From Deltaproteobacteria bacterium (lineage in GTDB: Bacteria > Myxococcota > Myxococcia > Myxococcales > 40CM-4-68-19), in contig VBKI01000064.1 in NCBI GenBank assembly GCA_005879535.1, positions 52,993-116,992 on the forward strand: 64,000 nt of DNA. Direction: 5' to 3'. The notes beneath the pieces are model-generated. The model had not been told where the DNA came from. It searched no databases and was given only the letters and a program-made list of their open reading frames with translations. Numbering within the stretch: position 1 is the first letter of the stretch; the number at the start of each line of letters is the position of its first letter. Below are positions 28,344-38,955 of the stretch, piece after piece. The position numbers and the translations under genes were made by a program.

Positions 28344-30514
28344 ACCCTCTCCACGGAGTGCACACCGGGGATCTGCCCGATGGCGCGCAGGACGTCGTTG
28401 AGCTGCTTCACGTCGGCGATCTCCACCTCGAACGTGCTCACCGCTCCGTCTCCGTTGGCCCGGGCATTGGCCTGCACGATGTTGACGCCGACTTCCGCGA
28501 ACGTCTCGCTCATGCGAGCGAGCAGCCCCTTGCGGTCGTCGCTCATCACCTTGAGATTCACGACCCGCTTGAACTCCCCGTGGACGTCCCAGGTGACTTC
28601 GACCCGGCGCTCGGGGTCCGTCTCCATGGCCTTGCGGCACCCCTGCACGTGCACGGTGACGCCGCGCCCGCGGGTGATGAAGCCGACGATCGGGTCTCCC
28701 GGCACCGGCGCGCAGCACTTGCCGTACCGGACCAGCACGTCGTCGACGCCGCCGATGCGCACCCCCCCGCTGGTGCGCGTGCGCTGGGCGACGCGGCGGA
28801 AGAGCTGGGAGAGGGCACTGGTCGCGCCGTTCCCCTCGCTGTCGATCTTCTCCGCGGGCTTCAGCTTCTCCTGCGGATAGAGCTTGTGGAGCACGTTGGT
28901 GGGAGAGAGCTTTCCGTAGCCGACCGCGCTGACCAGGTCGTCGGCGCGCGAGTGCCCCATCTCGTTCGCGGCCTTGAGGAAGACCGGGGTCTTCGCGATC
29001 TTGGTGAAGTTCAGGTCGAAGCGCTTGAACTCCCGCTCCAGCAGATCGCGGCCGATGTCGATGCTCCGCTCCCGCTGCTGGGTCTTGATGAAGTTGCGGA
29101 TCTTCGCCTGCGCCCGGCTGGTCTTGACGAAGCTGAGCCAGTCCTTGTTCGGGCGGGCGTTGGGGCTGGTGAGGATCTCGACGCTGTCGCCGTTCTTCAG
29201 CTTGTAGCGCAGCGGCACGATCTTGCCGTTGACCTTGGCGCCCACGCAGTGCGCGCCTACCTCCGAGTGGACGGCGTACGCCAGATCCACCGGCGTCGAC
29301 CCGAGCGGGAGGCTCTTCACGTCGCCCTTGGGAGTGAAGACGAAGACCTCGTCCTGGAACAGGTCCACCTTGACCGTCTCCAGGAACTCGCGCGGGTCCT
29401 TGAGGTCCTGCTGCCACTCCATGAGCTGGCGCAGCCAGGCGAACTTCTGCTCGTCCTTGCCGCCCGTCTTCCCTTCCTTGTAGGCCCAGTGGGCTGCGAT
29501 TCCTTCCTCGGCGATGCGGTGCATCTCCTCGGTGCGCATCTGGATCTCGATGCGCTCGCCGGTGGGGCCAATCACCGTGGTGTGCAGCGACTGGTACATG
29601 TTCGGCTTGGGGATGGCGATGTAGTCCTTGAACCGTCCCGGAACCGGCTTCCAGAGCGAGTGGATGAGCCCCAACGCCTCGTAGCAGGCGGGCACCGTCT
29701 TGAGGAGGAGCCGGAACGCGACCACGTCATGGAGCTGGGTCACCGACGAGAGCCCGTTCTTCCGCATCTTCTTCCAGATGCTGTAGACGTGCTTGGGCCG
29801 GCCGTGCACCTCGGCGTCGAGGCCCGCCTCCTGCAGCTTGGTCTTGAGCAGCTCGACGACGTCGGCGATGAAACGCTGGCGGTCCTTCTGGCTCTGGGCG
29901 AGCTGCGTCTCCACGTCGGCGTACTCGCCCGGTTTCAGGTACTTGAAGGCCAGGTCCTCGAGCTCGATCTTGATCCACTGGATGCCGAGCCGGTTCGCCA
30001 GCGGCGCGTAGATGTCGAGCGTCTCCTGCGCGATGCGCTGCTGCGCGTCGGGGCGCATGTGCTCGAGGGTGCGCATGTTGTGGGTACGGTCGGCCAGCTT
30101 CACCAGGATGACCCGGATGTCCTTGGCCATCGCCACCAGCATCTTGCGGAAGTTCTCCGCCTGCTTCTCCTCGATGCTGACGGCCTGCGAGGACTGGAAT
30201 GTGCCGAGCTTGGTGACGCCTTCGACGAGGTCGAGCACTTCCGTTCCGAAGAGCTCCCGGATCTCCTCCGGCTTCGCCAGCGTGTCCTCGATGGTGTCGT
30301 GCAACAGCCCGGCGACGATGCTGGCTTCATCCAGCTTCAGATCGGCCAGCAGGCCCGCGACTTCCAAAGGGTGGACGAGGTAGGGCTCGCCTGATTTGCG
30401 GACCTGTCCTTGATGGACCTTCGCCGAGTAGACGTAGGCCTTCTTGACGAGATCGACGTCTGCGTCCGGGTGGTACGCGCTGACCTTTTCCAGGATGTCA
30501 TTGAGGCGAATCAT
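28340..30514 (-). CDS. relA: Bifunctional (p)ppGpp synthetase/hydrolase RelA/SpoT (Rel)
   Basis: HD domain (SGEPYLVHPLEVAGLL..HDTIEDT), synthetase domain (RPKHVYSIWKKM, YIAIPKPNMYQSLHTTV), and TGS and ACT domains. 724 aa. Confidence 0.97.
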   Translation of the reverse strand: MIRLNDILEKVSAYHPDADVDLVKKAYVYSAKVHQGQVRKSGEPYLVHPLEVAGLLADLKLDEASIVAGLLHDTIEDTLAKPEEIRELFGTEVLDLVEGVTKLGTFQSSQAVSIEEKQAENFRKMLVAMAKDIRVILVKLADRTHNMRTLEHMRPDAQQRIAQETLDIYAPLANRLGIQWIKIELEDLAFKYLKPGEYADVETQLAQSQKDRQRFIADVVELLKTKLQEAGLDAEVHGRPKHVYSIWKKMRKNGLSSVTQLHDVVAFRLLLKTVPACYEALGLIHSLWKPVPGRFKDYIAIPKPNMYQSLHTTVIGPTGERIEIQMRTEEMHRIAEEGIAAHWAYKEGKTGGKDEQKFAWLRQLMEWQQDLKDPREFLETVKVDLFQDEVFVFTPKGDVKSLPLGSTPVDLAYAVHSEVGAHCVGAKVNGKIVPLRYKLKNGDSVEILTSPNARPNKDWLSFVKTSRAQAKIRNFIKTQQRERSIDIGRDLLEREFKRFDLNFTKIAKTPVFLKAANEMGHSRADDLVSAVGYGKLSPTNVLHKLYPQEKLKPAEKIDSEGNGATSALSQLFRRVAQRTRTSGGVRIGGVDDVLVRYGKCCAPVPGDPIVGFITRGRGVTVHVQGCRKAMETDPERRVEVTWDVHGEFKRVVNLKVMSDDRKGLLARMSETFAEVGVNIVQANARANGDGAVSTFEVEIADVKQLNDVLRAIGQIPGVHSVERV

Positions 30515-30619
30515 CAGCGCAGCCCGAAGCGTACCGCGTCACGATAACTCCGGCAAACCACCACTAACGCGGTTCGACGCAGTGTGCCAGTGGTCGATTC
30601 GGCCTTTGTTGTCCGCAGA

Positions 30620-30649
30620 TTGACCCATGCGCCGGGCGGCTCGTATGCT
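30620..30649 (+). promoter_or_regulatory. Possible promoter TTGACC-18 nt-TATGCT ending 9 nt before ATG 30659
   Basis: Read in the 144-bp relA/FHA divergent spacer. It would imply a near-leaderless mRNA. If the upstream GTG at 30584 is the real start, this motif falls inside the gene. Confidence 0.35.
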
Positions 30650-30658
30650 CGCGCACCC

Positions 30659-32107
30659 ATGGTTACCTGTCCGGCGTGCGGCAAGGAGAACGAAGACTCC
30701 GCCTACGAGTGCAAGCGATGCCGGGCGCCGCTGCGGGAGGAGGAGCCGCAAGCCGAGCTTGCCGCGTCGCGGTCGCTGGGCGATGTCTGCCGCCGCTGCG
30801 AGGCCTACAACGAGCCCGGCGTGACCGTGTGCACGAACTGCGGCTTGCCGCTCTTCGCCGAATCCGGGCAGCCGCCGGACACGACACCTCCCTCCGGCTT
30901 CACGCCTCCCACCCAGGTTCCCGAGACGCTCTCCGAGGAGCTGCGCGCCCTCGCCATCTCCGACGAAGAGGCCGCCGAGGCAGGATTGACTCTCGCTACC
31001 CGCAACGGTAACCCGTCCGACAAGACCCCGCCGGAGCCGTTCGCCGTGTCCAGGCTCGCTCCTCCAGGACCGGCTGCCCGTCCCCGCGTCGGGGAAGGCG
31101 TTCCAGGTGCCGCCGCAGGTCCCGCACCCGCCCGAAGGCCGCCGCCCGCGCCTCCGTCGCCGTCGAGCAGGATGGAGCCTCCGCCGGAAGCCTTGGCGAT
31201 TGCCGCGGCGCTGCCGGCGAACAAGCCCTGTACGAGCTGCGGGGCGCGCAACCCGCCCGCCGCGAAGTTCTGTTTCGACTGCGGAACCCCGTTCGCGAAG
31301 AAGGCATCCTCCGCCCCGCCTCCGCCGTCGATCGAGATCGCGGCGGATCTGGGGGCCGAGACGTTCGAGGACGCCACGATGCAGAGCGCCCCGGTGCCCG
31401 CGGAGGAGCCGGTGCCGGCGGAATCGGTGGCAGAACCCATTCCCGAAGAGCAACCGCCTCCGTTTGCCGCGAAGCTGGTCCTGGAGACGGCCGACGGGAA
31501 CGGAACCGAATTCACTCTTGGCCACCTGGAGAACAGCCTCGGAGGGTCTGCCGCGCACGTCGAATTGGGCGAGGACCCGCATGTCGCTCCGCATGCTGCG
31601 ACGGTCGCTTTCGTCGACGAGCGGCTGGTGCTCCGCGACGAGGGGAGCGCGAACGGCGTGTACGTCAAGGTACGCGAGCCCGCCCCGCTCGAACCGGGGG
31701 ATCTCTTCATCGCCGGCGAACGGCTTCTCCGCTACGACGGCCCCGTCGACGTTTCCCGGGCGCCGGCAGGCGACCCGCCGCTGCTCGGTGCTCCCCGTCC
31801 CGGGGAGGCGCTGTACCGGGTCACCGAGGTCCTTCTCGGAGCGAAGACCGGTCGCACCTGCCACCGCGCGCCCCCTGCGGTCTCGATCGGGCGGACGGGC
31901 TGTGACATGAACTTCGGGGACGATCCGCTCCTTGCGGCGCGGCACGCGGAGGTCCGGCTGGCGGAGGACGGCGCCGCGACGCTCGTCGACCTCGGCGAGG
32001 GTGCATCCGGCGTATTCTTGCGCATACGGGCGCAGCAGCCCGTCGAGTTGCAGGCCGGCGACGTGGTCCGGATCGGGGACCAGCGCCTCCGCGTCGAAGT
32101 CGGGTAA
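30659..32107 (+). CDS. Zinc-ribbon (x3) / Pro-rich linker / double-FHA protein
   Basis: Zinc ribbons are CPACGKEN..CKRCRAPL, CRRCEAYN..CTNCGLPL and CTSCGARN..CFDCGTPF. Two FHA-like domains follow (LGGSAAHVELGEDPHVAPHAATV..LRDEGSANGVYV; SIGRTGCDMNFGDDPLLAARHAEV..LVDLGEGASGVFL). Confidence 0.85.
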   Translation: MVTCPACGKENEDSAYECKRCRAPLREEEPQAELAASRSLGDVCRRCEAYNEPGVTVCTNCGLPLFAESGQPPDTTPPSGFTPPTQVPETLSEELRALAISDEEAAEAGLTLATRNGNPSDKTPPEPFAVSRLAPPGPAARPRVGEGVPGAAAGPAPARRPPPAPPSPSSRMEPPPEALAIAAALPANKPCTSCGARNPPAAKFCFDCGTPFAKKASSAPPPPSIEIAADLGAETFEDATMQSAPVPAEEPVPAESVAEPIPEEQPPPFAAKLVLETADGNGTEFTLGHLENSLGGSAAHVELGEDPHVAPHAATVAFVDERLVLRDEGSANGVYVKVREPAPLEPGDLFIAGERLLRYDGPVDVSRAPAGDPPLLGAPRPGEALYRVTEVLLGAKTGRTCHRAPPAVSIGRTGCDMNFGDDPLLAARHAEVRLAEDGAATLVDLGEGASGVFLRIRAQQPVELQAGDVVRIGDQRLRVEVG

Positions 32108-32111
32108 GCCC

Positions 32112-32203
32112 GACAGCCGGCGCGACCCTGCGCCGGGCTAGTCCCATGGCAGCGCGCGGACCGCCGCGGCGCTGCGGGACAGCCGGCGCGACCCCGCGCC
32201 GGG

Positions 32204-32207
<4 letters not shown>
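32112..32207. repeat. Two copies of a 30-bp palindromic element (REP-like / paired terminator hairpins), 66-bp period
   Basis: 32112-32141 (gacagccggcgcgaccctgcgccgggctag) and 32178-32207 (gacagccggcgcgaccccgcgccgggctag) share 29/30 identity. Each folds into a 9-bp stem with one bulged G and a 6-nt loop. The single difference lies in the loop. Confidence 0.7.
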
Positions 32208-33403
<1,196 letters not shown>

Positions 33404-33504
33404 ATCGACGATCTCACAGGTCCCGGCGTTCGACCAAACTTCGAAAAAGGCGCCTCCGGAACGCGCCTTGACCCTTCTTCCGGGAGCGTCATAGAACCGA
33501 TCGC

Positions 33505-34593
33505 ATGGAATGCCCCCGCTGCGGCGCGCACAACGAGACGGACGTGGGTTCCTGCCTGTCCTGCGGAGCGGCGATGAGTGACACGAGCCTTCCCACCATC
33601 GCGCAGAAGCCCGCGGCATCCGGGCCGGCCGCCGGGAAAGTCGGCTCGCCGCGCCTCGCGCAGGGTGCGCCGCCCAAGCAGTGCCCGAACTGCATGACGC
33701 TGAACGCGGCGACCTTCAAGTTCTGCGCCCGCTGCGGAACGCCGCTGGGCGCCACGGCGGCGCCAGGGGCAAAGCCAGGAGCGCCGGCAGCTTCCAAGCC
33801 TCCACCGGCACCCGCCCGCGCCCCGGCCGCATCGAAGTCTCCGCCTCCGCCGCCGTCGAAGCCGGCCACCTCGGCGCGTCCGGTGCCTCCCCCGCCGCCG
33901 AAGCCCGTCACCGGCCAGGCCCGGCCTGCGTCGCCTCCGAAGCCTGCGGCCCCGGTGCGACCCCGCGCCCGGGTCTCCGCGATCGCGCGCGACGGCAGCC
34001 GCAGCGCCGATTTCGTTCTCATCAAGGACGAGACGAGGGTAGGCCGCGACGTCGAGGTGAACGAGGTCAGGCTCGACAAGGACCCCTTCATCGCCCCGCT
34101 GCACGCCGTCTTCCGCTTCGAGGGGCCCCAGCTGGTGGTGCAGGACTCGGGCACTCCGAACGGCGTCTTCCTCTGGCTGAAGGAGCGGACGCTGGAGTCC
34201 GGAGACGAGCTGCGCATCGGCCGGCAGCGGCTGCGTGTGGAGTGGATGCCCGACGAGCCCGAGCAGCTCGCGGATCAGCCGGTCTGGGGGAGCCCGAATC
34301 CCGGGTACGTCGCGCGCGTGGTGCAGCTCCTCGAGGGCGGCGGTGAAGGCGACGTCTATCCTCTCAAGGCCGGCAACAACCTGGTCGGGCGCGGCGCCGG
34401 CGACGTCAGCTTCCCGCACGACGGATACGTCTCGAGCAAGCACGCGACGATCACGGTCGGGGAGGGGTCGCTGGCGGTCAAGGACCTGGGCAGCGCCAAT
34501 GGCACGTTCGTGCGCGTGAACGGACAGGCAGCGGTGACCGCGGGGGACCTTCTGCTGGTGGGCGAGCAGATCCTGCGGATCGACCCCGCCTGA
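33505..34593 (+). CDS. Zinc-ribbon (x2) / Pro-rich linker / double-FHA protein (paralogous architecture to 30659..32107)
   Basis: MECPRCGAHN..CLSCGAAM and CPNCMTLN..CARCGTPL ribbons, a poly-Pro/Ala linker, and two FHA-like domains (RVGRDVEVNEVRLDKDPFIAPLHAV..VQDSGTPNGVFL; LVGRGAGDVSFPHDGYVSSKHATI..VKDLGSANGTFV). Confidence 0.88.
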   Translation: MECPRCGAHNETDVGSCLSCGAAMSDTSLPTIAQKPAASGPAAGKVGSPRLAQGAPPKQCPNCMTLNAATFKFCARCGTPLGATAAPGAKPGAPAASKPPPAPARAPAASKSPPPPPSKPATSARPVPPPPPKPVTGQARPASPPKPAAPVRPRARVSAIARDGSRSADFVLIKDETRVGRDVEVNEVRLDKDPFIAPLHAVFRFEGPQLVVQDSGTPNGVFLWLKERTLESGDELRIGRQRLRVEWMPDEPEQLADQPVWGSPNPGYVARVVQLLEGGGEGDVYPLKAGNNLVGRGAGDVSFPHDGYVSSKHATITVGEGSLAVKDLGSANGTFVRVNGQAAVTAGDLLLVGEQILRIDPA

Positions 34594-35244
34594 TCACCCG
34601 GCCAGCCGCTCCGACAACTGTGCTTTGATCTTCGCCCGGAACCGCTCCAGCCGCATGGTGACCGCGCTCTTGCCGACGCCCATCCGCATCGCGATCTCGC
34701 GCGCCGACAGCGTTCCCTCCAGGTAGAAGAGGCGCACCGTCTCCTTCTCCGGGCCTTCCCGCAGCCCGTCGATCACTTCCCGGACGGCGCGCAGCTCTGC
34801 CTCCTTCTCCAGCACATGGGAGGCGGCGGGGACGTGGTCCTCGAGGAGGTGCGCCTCGCGCGTCGCTTCTTCCGCGGCCTTGGCGTGCGTGGCACGGGAG
34901 GTGAGATAGCTGCGCGCGCGGTTGCGGGCGATGGTGAACAACCATGCGGCGAAGCGGTCGCGGTCCTTGAGGGAAACGAGCGCGCGGAAGCCGCGGACGA
35001 ACGCCTCCTGCACGACGTCGTCCGCCTCGTCCGCGTCCAGCTCGGAAAAGCTGGCGGCAAGGCGCGATACGGCGGGACGGTAGCGGCGGTAGAGCTCCTC
35101 CTCGGCCGCCTTGCACCGCGGGCCACCGGCGAGGACGCGGCCGACCAGCGCGGAGTCCTGCACGCGCCCGTCGAGGAGCGTCAGGTGTGGGCGGACGGGA
35201 GGGGCGGGGAGCTCTCGAGCCGCTCGGTTCGTGGCAAGGGCCAT
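34594..35244 (-). CDS. ECF-type RNA polymerase sigma factor (no adjacent anti-sigma gene)
   Basis: Region 2 reads ELYRRYRPAVSRLAASF..DADEADDVVQEAFVRGFRAL...FAAWLFTIARNRARSYL. Region 4 reads LFYLEGTLSAREIAMRMGVGKSAVTMRLERFR. Confidence 0.9.
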   Translation of the reverse strand: MALATNRAARELPAPPVRPHLTLLDGRVQDSALVGRVLAGGPRCKAAEEELYRRYRPAVSRLAASFSELDADEADDVVQEAFVRGFRALVSLKDRDRFAAWLFTIARNRARSYLTSRATHAKAAEEATREAHLLEDHVPAASHVLEKEAELRAVREVIDGLREGPEKETVRLFYLEGTLSAREIAMRMGVGKSAVTMRLERFRAKIKAQLSERLAG

Positions 35245-35467
35245 GCTCTCCTAGCAGTCCGCGTGCCCATGCCATGGCGCCTATGCCCTCCGAGTGATTT
35301 CGCGTCTTTATCCGACTCGTGAGGGGCGCCGCGAGGCATTCCACCGCGACAGGCGTGTCATGGCTGGGGTGGTTTTCCGCAGACGTCTGGGGTGATCGGG
35401 CTCACCCTGCGGCGCTCGCCGTCCGCGCTGGTGCGTACGCAAACCCGGCGTTAGGTTCCGCGGCCGC

Positions 35468-37849
35468 ATGCTGGGGACGATCAACGAAAAGGCGTTGCAG
35501 GAGCTGGGTTGGCCGCGGCTGTGCGCGGAGCTGGCTTCCCGCTCGCGCACGCCGATGGGGCGCGAACGGGCACAATCGCTCCTGCCCCACTCCGATCCGG
35601 ACGTAGCCCGGCAGCAGCTCGCGCTGGTCGAAGAGGCACGCCTGCTCCGGAGGCACGACCGCGAGCTGCCGCTCGCCGATGCGGTCGACGTGCGGCCGTC
35701 GCTTGGCCGTGCGGCGCGCGAAGGCACCCTGGAACCTTCGGAGCTGTTGCAGGTGGCGCGGCTGATCCGAGCAGGCGATTCGGCGCGCAGGTTCTGCTTC
35801 TCCCAGGCCGATCGCGCGCCGCTCCATTTCGAGCGCGCGCAGGAGCTCTCCGAGCTGGTACCACTGGCTCAGGAGCTGGAGCGCGCATTCGACCCCGCGG
35901 GCAAGCTGCTCGACACCGCGAGCGCGCTGCTCGCGGAGTTGCGGGAGCGGGCCCGCGGGCTCCACCGCGCGATCAAGCAGCGCATCGAGGAGATGCTGAA
36001 GGACGAGAACGTGGTGGCGATGCTGCGCGACCTGTACTACTCGGTGCGCGGCGACCGCTACGTGCTCCCGGTGCGAGCGGAGCATCGATCGCACCTGCCC
36101 GGGATCGTCCACAACGCGTCGAATTCGGGACAGACGCTGTTCGTCGAGCCGCAGCAGCTCGTCGAGCTCGGAAACCAGCTCACCATCGCCGAGGCGGGCG
36201 CGCTGGAGGAGGAGCAGCGGATCCTGCACGAGCTCTCCGGAGCCGTCGGACGCCGCGCTCCCGCGCTGGAGCACGACGTCGAAACCATCGCGGTCCTCGA
36301 CGAGGCAGCCGCGGGCGGACGGCTCGCCGACGACCTGGAAGCTGGCGCGCCGGAGCTGGGCGGCGATCGCTTCGATCTGCGCAAGGCCCGTCATCCGCTG
36401 CTCGTGCTGCAGCGCAAGTCCGCTGGCGTCGTGGCAAACGACATCGCCCTGCCCGCTCCGGCCCAGGCGCTGATCGTCAGCGGCCCGAACGCGGGCGGAA
36501 AGACCGTGACCATCACCGGGGTGGGGCTCTGCGCGCTGATGGCGCGCGCGGGCCTGCCCATTCCCGCGGAGGCAGGCTCGCGGATGCCGCTGTACCGCAC
36601 GGTGTACACGGCCATCGGCGACGAGGGCGATCTGTCGCGGGACCTCTCCACGTTCACGGCGCACCTGTCCGCCCTGAAGTGGATCCTGGAGGCGGCCGGC
36701 CCGGGGACGCTGGCGTTGATCGACGAGATCGCCGCGGACACCGATCCGCGCGAAGGCGCGGCCATCGCGGTGGCGGCGCTGGAGAAGCTGGTCGCGGCGG
36801 GAGCGCAAGTGCTCATCACCACGCACCTCGAGGAGCTCAAGGCGCTCGCGCTCGCCGATCCGCGCTTCGCTCCTGCCAGCGTGGGGTTCGACGTCGATCG
36901 GCTCGCACCGACATACCGGCTGCGGCTCGGCGAAGTGGGCGCGTCGTCGGCGATCGAGATCGCACGGCGCGTCGGACTGTCGGAGGACGTCTGCGCCCGC
37001 GCGCGGGAGATCCTGGGGAGCGGCGCCTCCGTGGTTTCCCAGGCAGTGGAGCGGCTGGAGAAGGAGCGCGCGGAGACGGCGCGGCTGCGGGGGAAGCTGG
37101 AATCCGCGCGGGAGGACCTTGCTCGTGAGCGCGCCGCGGTGCAGCGCGAGCGCGAGCGCCTGCGCGAGCTGGAGCAGGAGACGCGGACCGGAGCGCGCCG
37201 CGAGCTGATCGATGACTTGCGGCGGAAGCGCGAGGAAGTGGCGACCCTGGTCGCGCAGCTCCAGGCGGCGCCGGCGATGGCGCAGGCGGTGGAGACGCAG
37301 CGCTCCATCGAGAGCGCCGTGGCGACGGAGGAGCGCGAGCAGGCGCAGGCTTCGGAGCCACAGGCCGCTGCGGAGACGGCGATCGCGGTGGGCGCCCGCG
37401 TCAAGCACGTGCGGCTCGGGACGGAGGGCGTGGTGATGGAGGTACAGGACGGGAGCGCGACGGTCCAGATGGGCGCGCTGCGGAGCAAGGTGCCCGTGCA
37501 GGACCTGGTTCCCATCGCGCGCAAGGTGCGGCAGGCGGGCTTCCGCAAGAGCAAGGCGGAGCGGATGCAGCGCGCGGAGCAGGCGCGTCCGGCGGCGGTG
37601 CAGGTGCGCGTGCCCATGGTGGATCTGCGGGGGATGCGCGTCGACGAGGCGCTGCGGACCGTGGAGTTGGAGCTGGACCGAGCGACCCGTGCGGGAGAGG
37701 AGCGCGTGCACGTGCTGCACGGGCACGGCAGCGGCGCGTTGAAGAGCGCGGTGCGGGAGCATCTGCAGCGGAGCCCGTACGTCGCGAAGGCGCGTGCGGC
37801 GGAGCAACACGAGGGCGGAGATGGGGTGACGGTGGTGGAGCTGGCGTAG
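35468..37849 (+). CDS. mutS2: Endonuclease MutS2 (MutS-family ATPase with C-terminal Smr domain)
   Basis: Walker A SGPNAGGKTVTITGVGL, then LIDEIAADTDPREGAA. The C-terminal Smr domain reads VDLRGMRVDEALRTVELELD...VLHGHGSGALKSAV. Confidence 0.95.
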   Translation: MLGTINEKALQELGWPRLCAELASRSRTPMGRERAQSLLPHSDPDVARQQLALVEEARLLRRHDRELPLADAVDVRPSLGRAAREGTLEPSELLQVARLIRAGDSARRFCFSQADRAPLHFERAQELSELVPLAQELERAFDPAGKLLDTASALLAELRERARGLHRAIKQRIEEMLKDENVVAMLRDLYYSVRGDRYVLPVRAEHRSHLPGIVHNASNSGQTLFVEPQQLVELGNQLTIAEAGALEEEQRILHELSGAVGRRAPALEHDVETIAVLDEAAAGGRLADDLEAGAPELGGDRFDLRKARHPLLVLQRKSAGVVANDIALPAPAQALIVSGPNAGGKTVTITGVGLCALMARAGLPIPAEAGSRMPLYRTVYTAIGDEGDLSRDLSTFTAHLSALKWILEAAGPGTLALIDEIAADTDPREGAAIAVAALEKLVAAGAQVLITTHLEELKALALADPRFAPASVGFDVDRLAPTYRLRLGEVGASSAIEIARRVGLSEDVCARAREILGSGASVVSQAVERLEKERAETARLRGKLESAREDLARERAAVQRERERLRELEQETRTGARRELIDDLRRKREEVATLVAQLQAAPAMAQAVETQRSIESAVATEEREQAQASEPQAAAETAIAVGARVKHVRLGTEGVVMEVQDGSATVQMGALRSKVPVQDLVPIARKVRQAGFRKSKAERMQRAEQARPAAVQVRVPMVDLRGMRVDEALRTVELELDRATRAGEERVHVLHGHGSGALKSAVREHLQRSPYVAKARAAEQHEGGDGVTVVELA

Positions 37850-37941
37850 CGGGATGCTTCAGCGCAGGGAAGATCGCATGTCCCGAATCGTGGGATCATT
37901 GTCCTTGCGGACATCATGCGGGCGGCGCAGGATCTCCGGCC

Positions 37942-38955
37942 ATGGCAAGGCCGGCCACCCTTTCCGGACCGCTTCGAATCGCACTCTTTGCGTACCCCGA
38001 CGTGCAGGCGCTCGACCTCTCCGGGCCGCTGGAGATGTTCGCGCGCGCGACCAGGATCCTGCGCGAAGAGCATCGCGCGCACCCCGGCTACGCGCTCAAG
38101 GTGGTCGGGACCGAGGCCGGACCAATCGCCGCTTCCTCCGGATTTCGCTTCCTCCCCGACACCACCTGGCGCACCTTGCGCTCCGGCGTCGACACGCTCC
38201 TGGTAGTTGGCGGACGCGGCGTCGACTCTCTGCTGACCGACCGCGGCATCCTCGGATGGGTCCGTGGGATGGCCCGCCGCGTGCGGCGGCTGGGCTCCGT
38301 CTGCACCGGCGCATTCCTGCTCGCGGAAGCGGGGCTGCTCGACGGCCGCACGGTGAGCACGCACTGGTCGCGCGCCGCCGAGCTGGCCCGCCGCTACCCG
38401 AAGGTCCGCGTGGAGGAGGATCGCATCTGGGTGCGCGACGGCAACGTCTACACTTCCGCCGGAGTGAGCGCAGGGATGGACCTGGCCCTGGCGCTCATCG
38501 AGGAGGACCTGGGCGCCGAGGTGGCGCTGGCCGTCGCGCGGGCGATGGTCATGTACGTGCGCCGGCCAGGCGATCAGAGCCAATACAGCGCGCCGCTCCG
38601 ACTCCAGGCCGCGAACACGCCCTCGCTTCGCGATCTCGTCGCCTGGGCCGCCGAGCATCCGGCGAGCGATCTCTCCGTCCCCGCCCTGGCGCGCCGGGTG
38701 GGAAAGAGCCCGCGACACCTCACCCGCGTCTTCCGCAACGAGCTGGGGATCGCACCTGCCGAGGCGATCGAGCAGCTCCGCCTGGAGGCCGCCCGCCGTG
38801 CCCTGCAGCAATCGGCGGCCGGCCTCGAAGAGGTCGCCGCGCGCTGCGGGTTCGGCAGCGCCGAGGTGCTGCGCCGCGCCTTCCTTCGAGTCCTGCACGT
38901 GACCCCGTCCGCCTACCGCGCCCGCTTCTCGTCCCGCGAGGTGCTGGCCTCATGA
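37942..38955 (+). CDS. GlxA-type transcriptional regulator (DJ-1/PfpI-like domain plus AraC HTH)
   Basis: IALFAYPDVQALDLSGPLEMF, SVCTGAFLLAEAGLLDGR and TSAGVSAGMDLALALIE. The C-terminal AraC HTH reads LARRVGKSPRHLTRVFRNELG...CGFGSAEVLRRAF. Confidence 0.9.
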   Translation: MARPATLSGPLRIALFAYPDVQALDLSGPLEMFARATRILREEHRAHPGYALKVVGTEAGPIAASSGFRFLPDTTWRTLRSGVDTLLVVGGRGVDSLLTDRGILGWVRGMARRVRRLGSVCTGAFLLAEAGLLDGRTVSTHWSRAAELARRYPKVRVEEDRIWVRDGNVYTSAGVSAGMDLALALIEEDLGAEVALAVARAMVMYVRRPGDQSQYSAPLRLQAANTPSLRDLVAWAAEHPASDLSVPALARRVGKSPRHLTRVFRNELGIAPAEAIEQLRLEAARRALQQSAAGLEEVAARCGFGSAEVLRRAFLRVLHVTPSAYRARFSSREVLAS

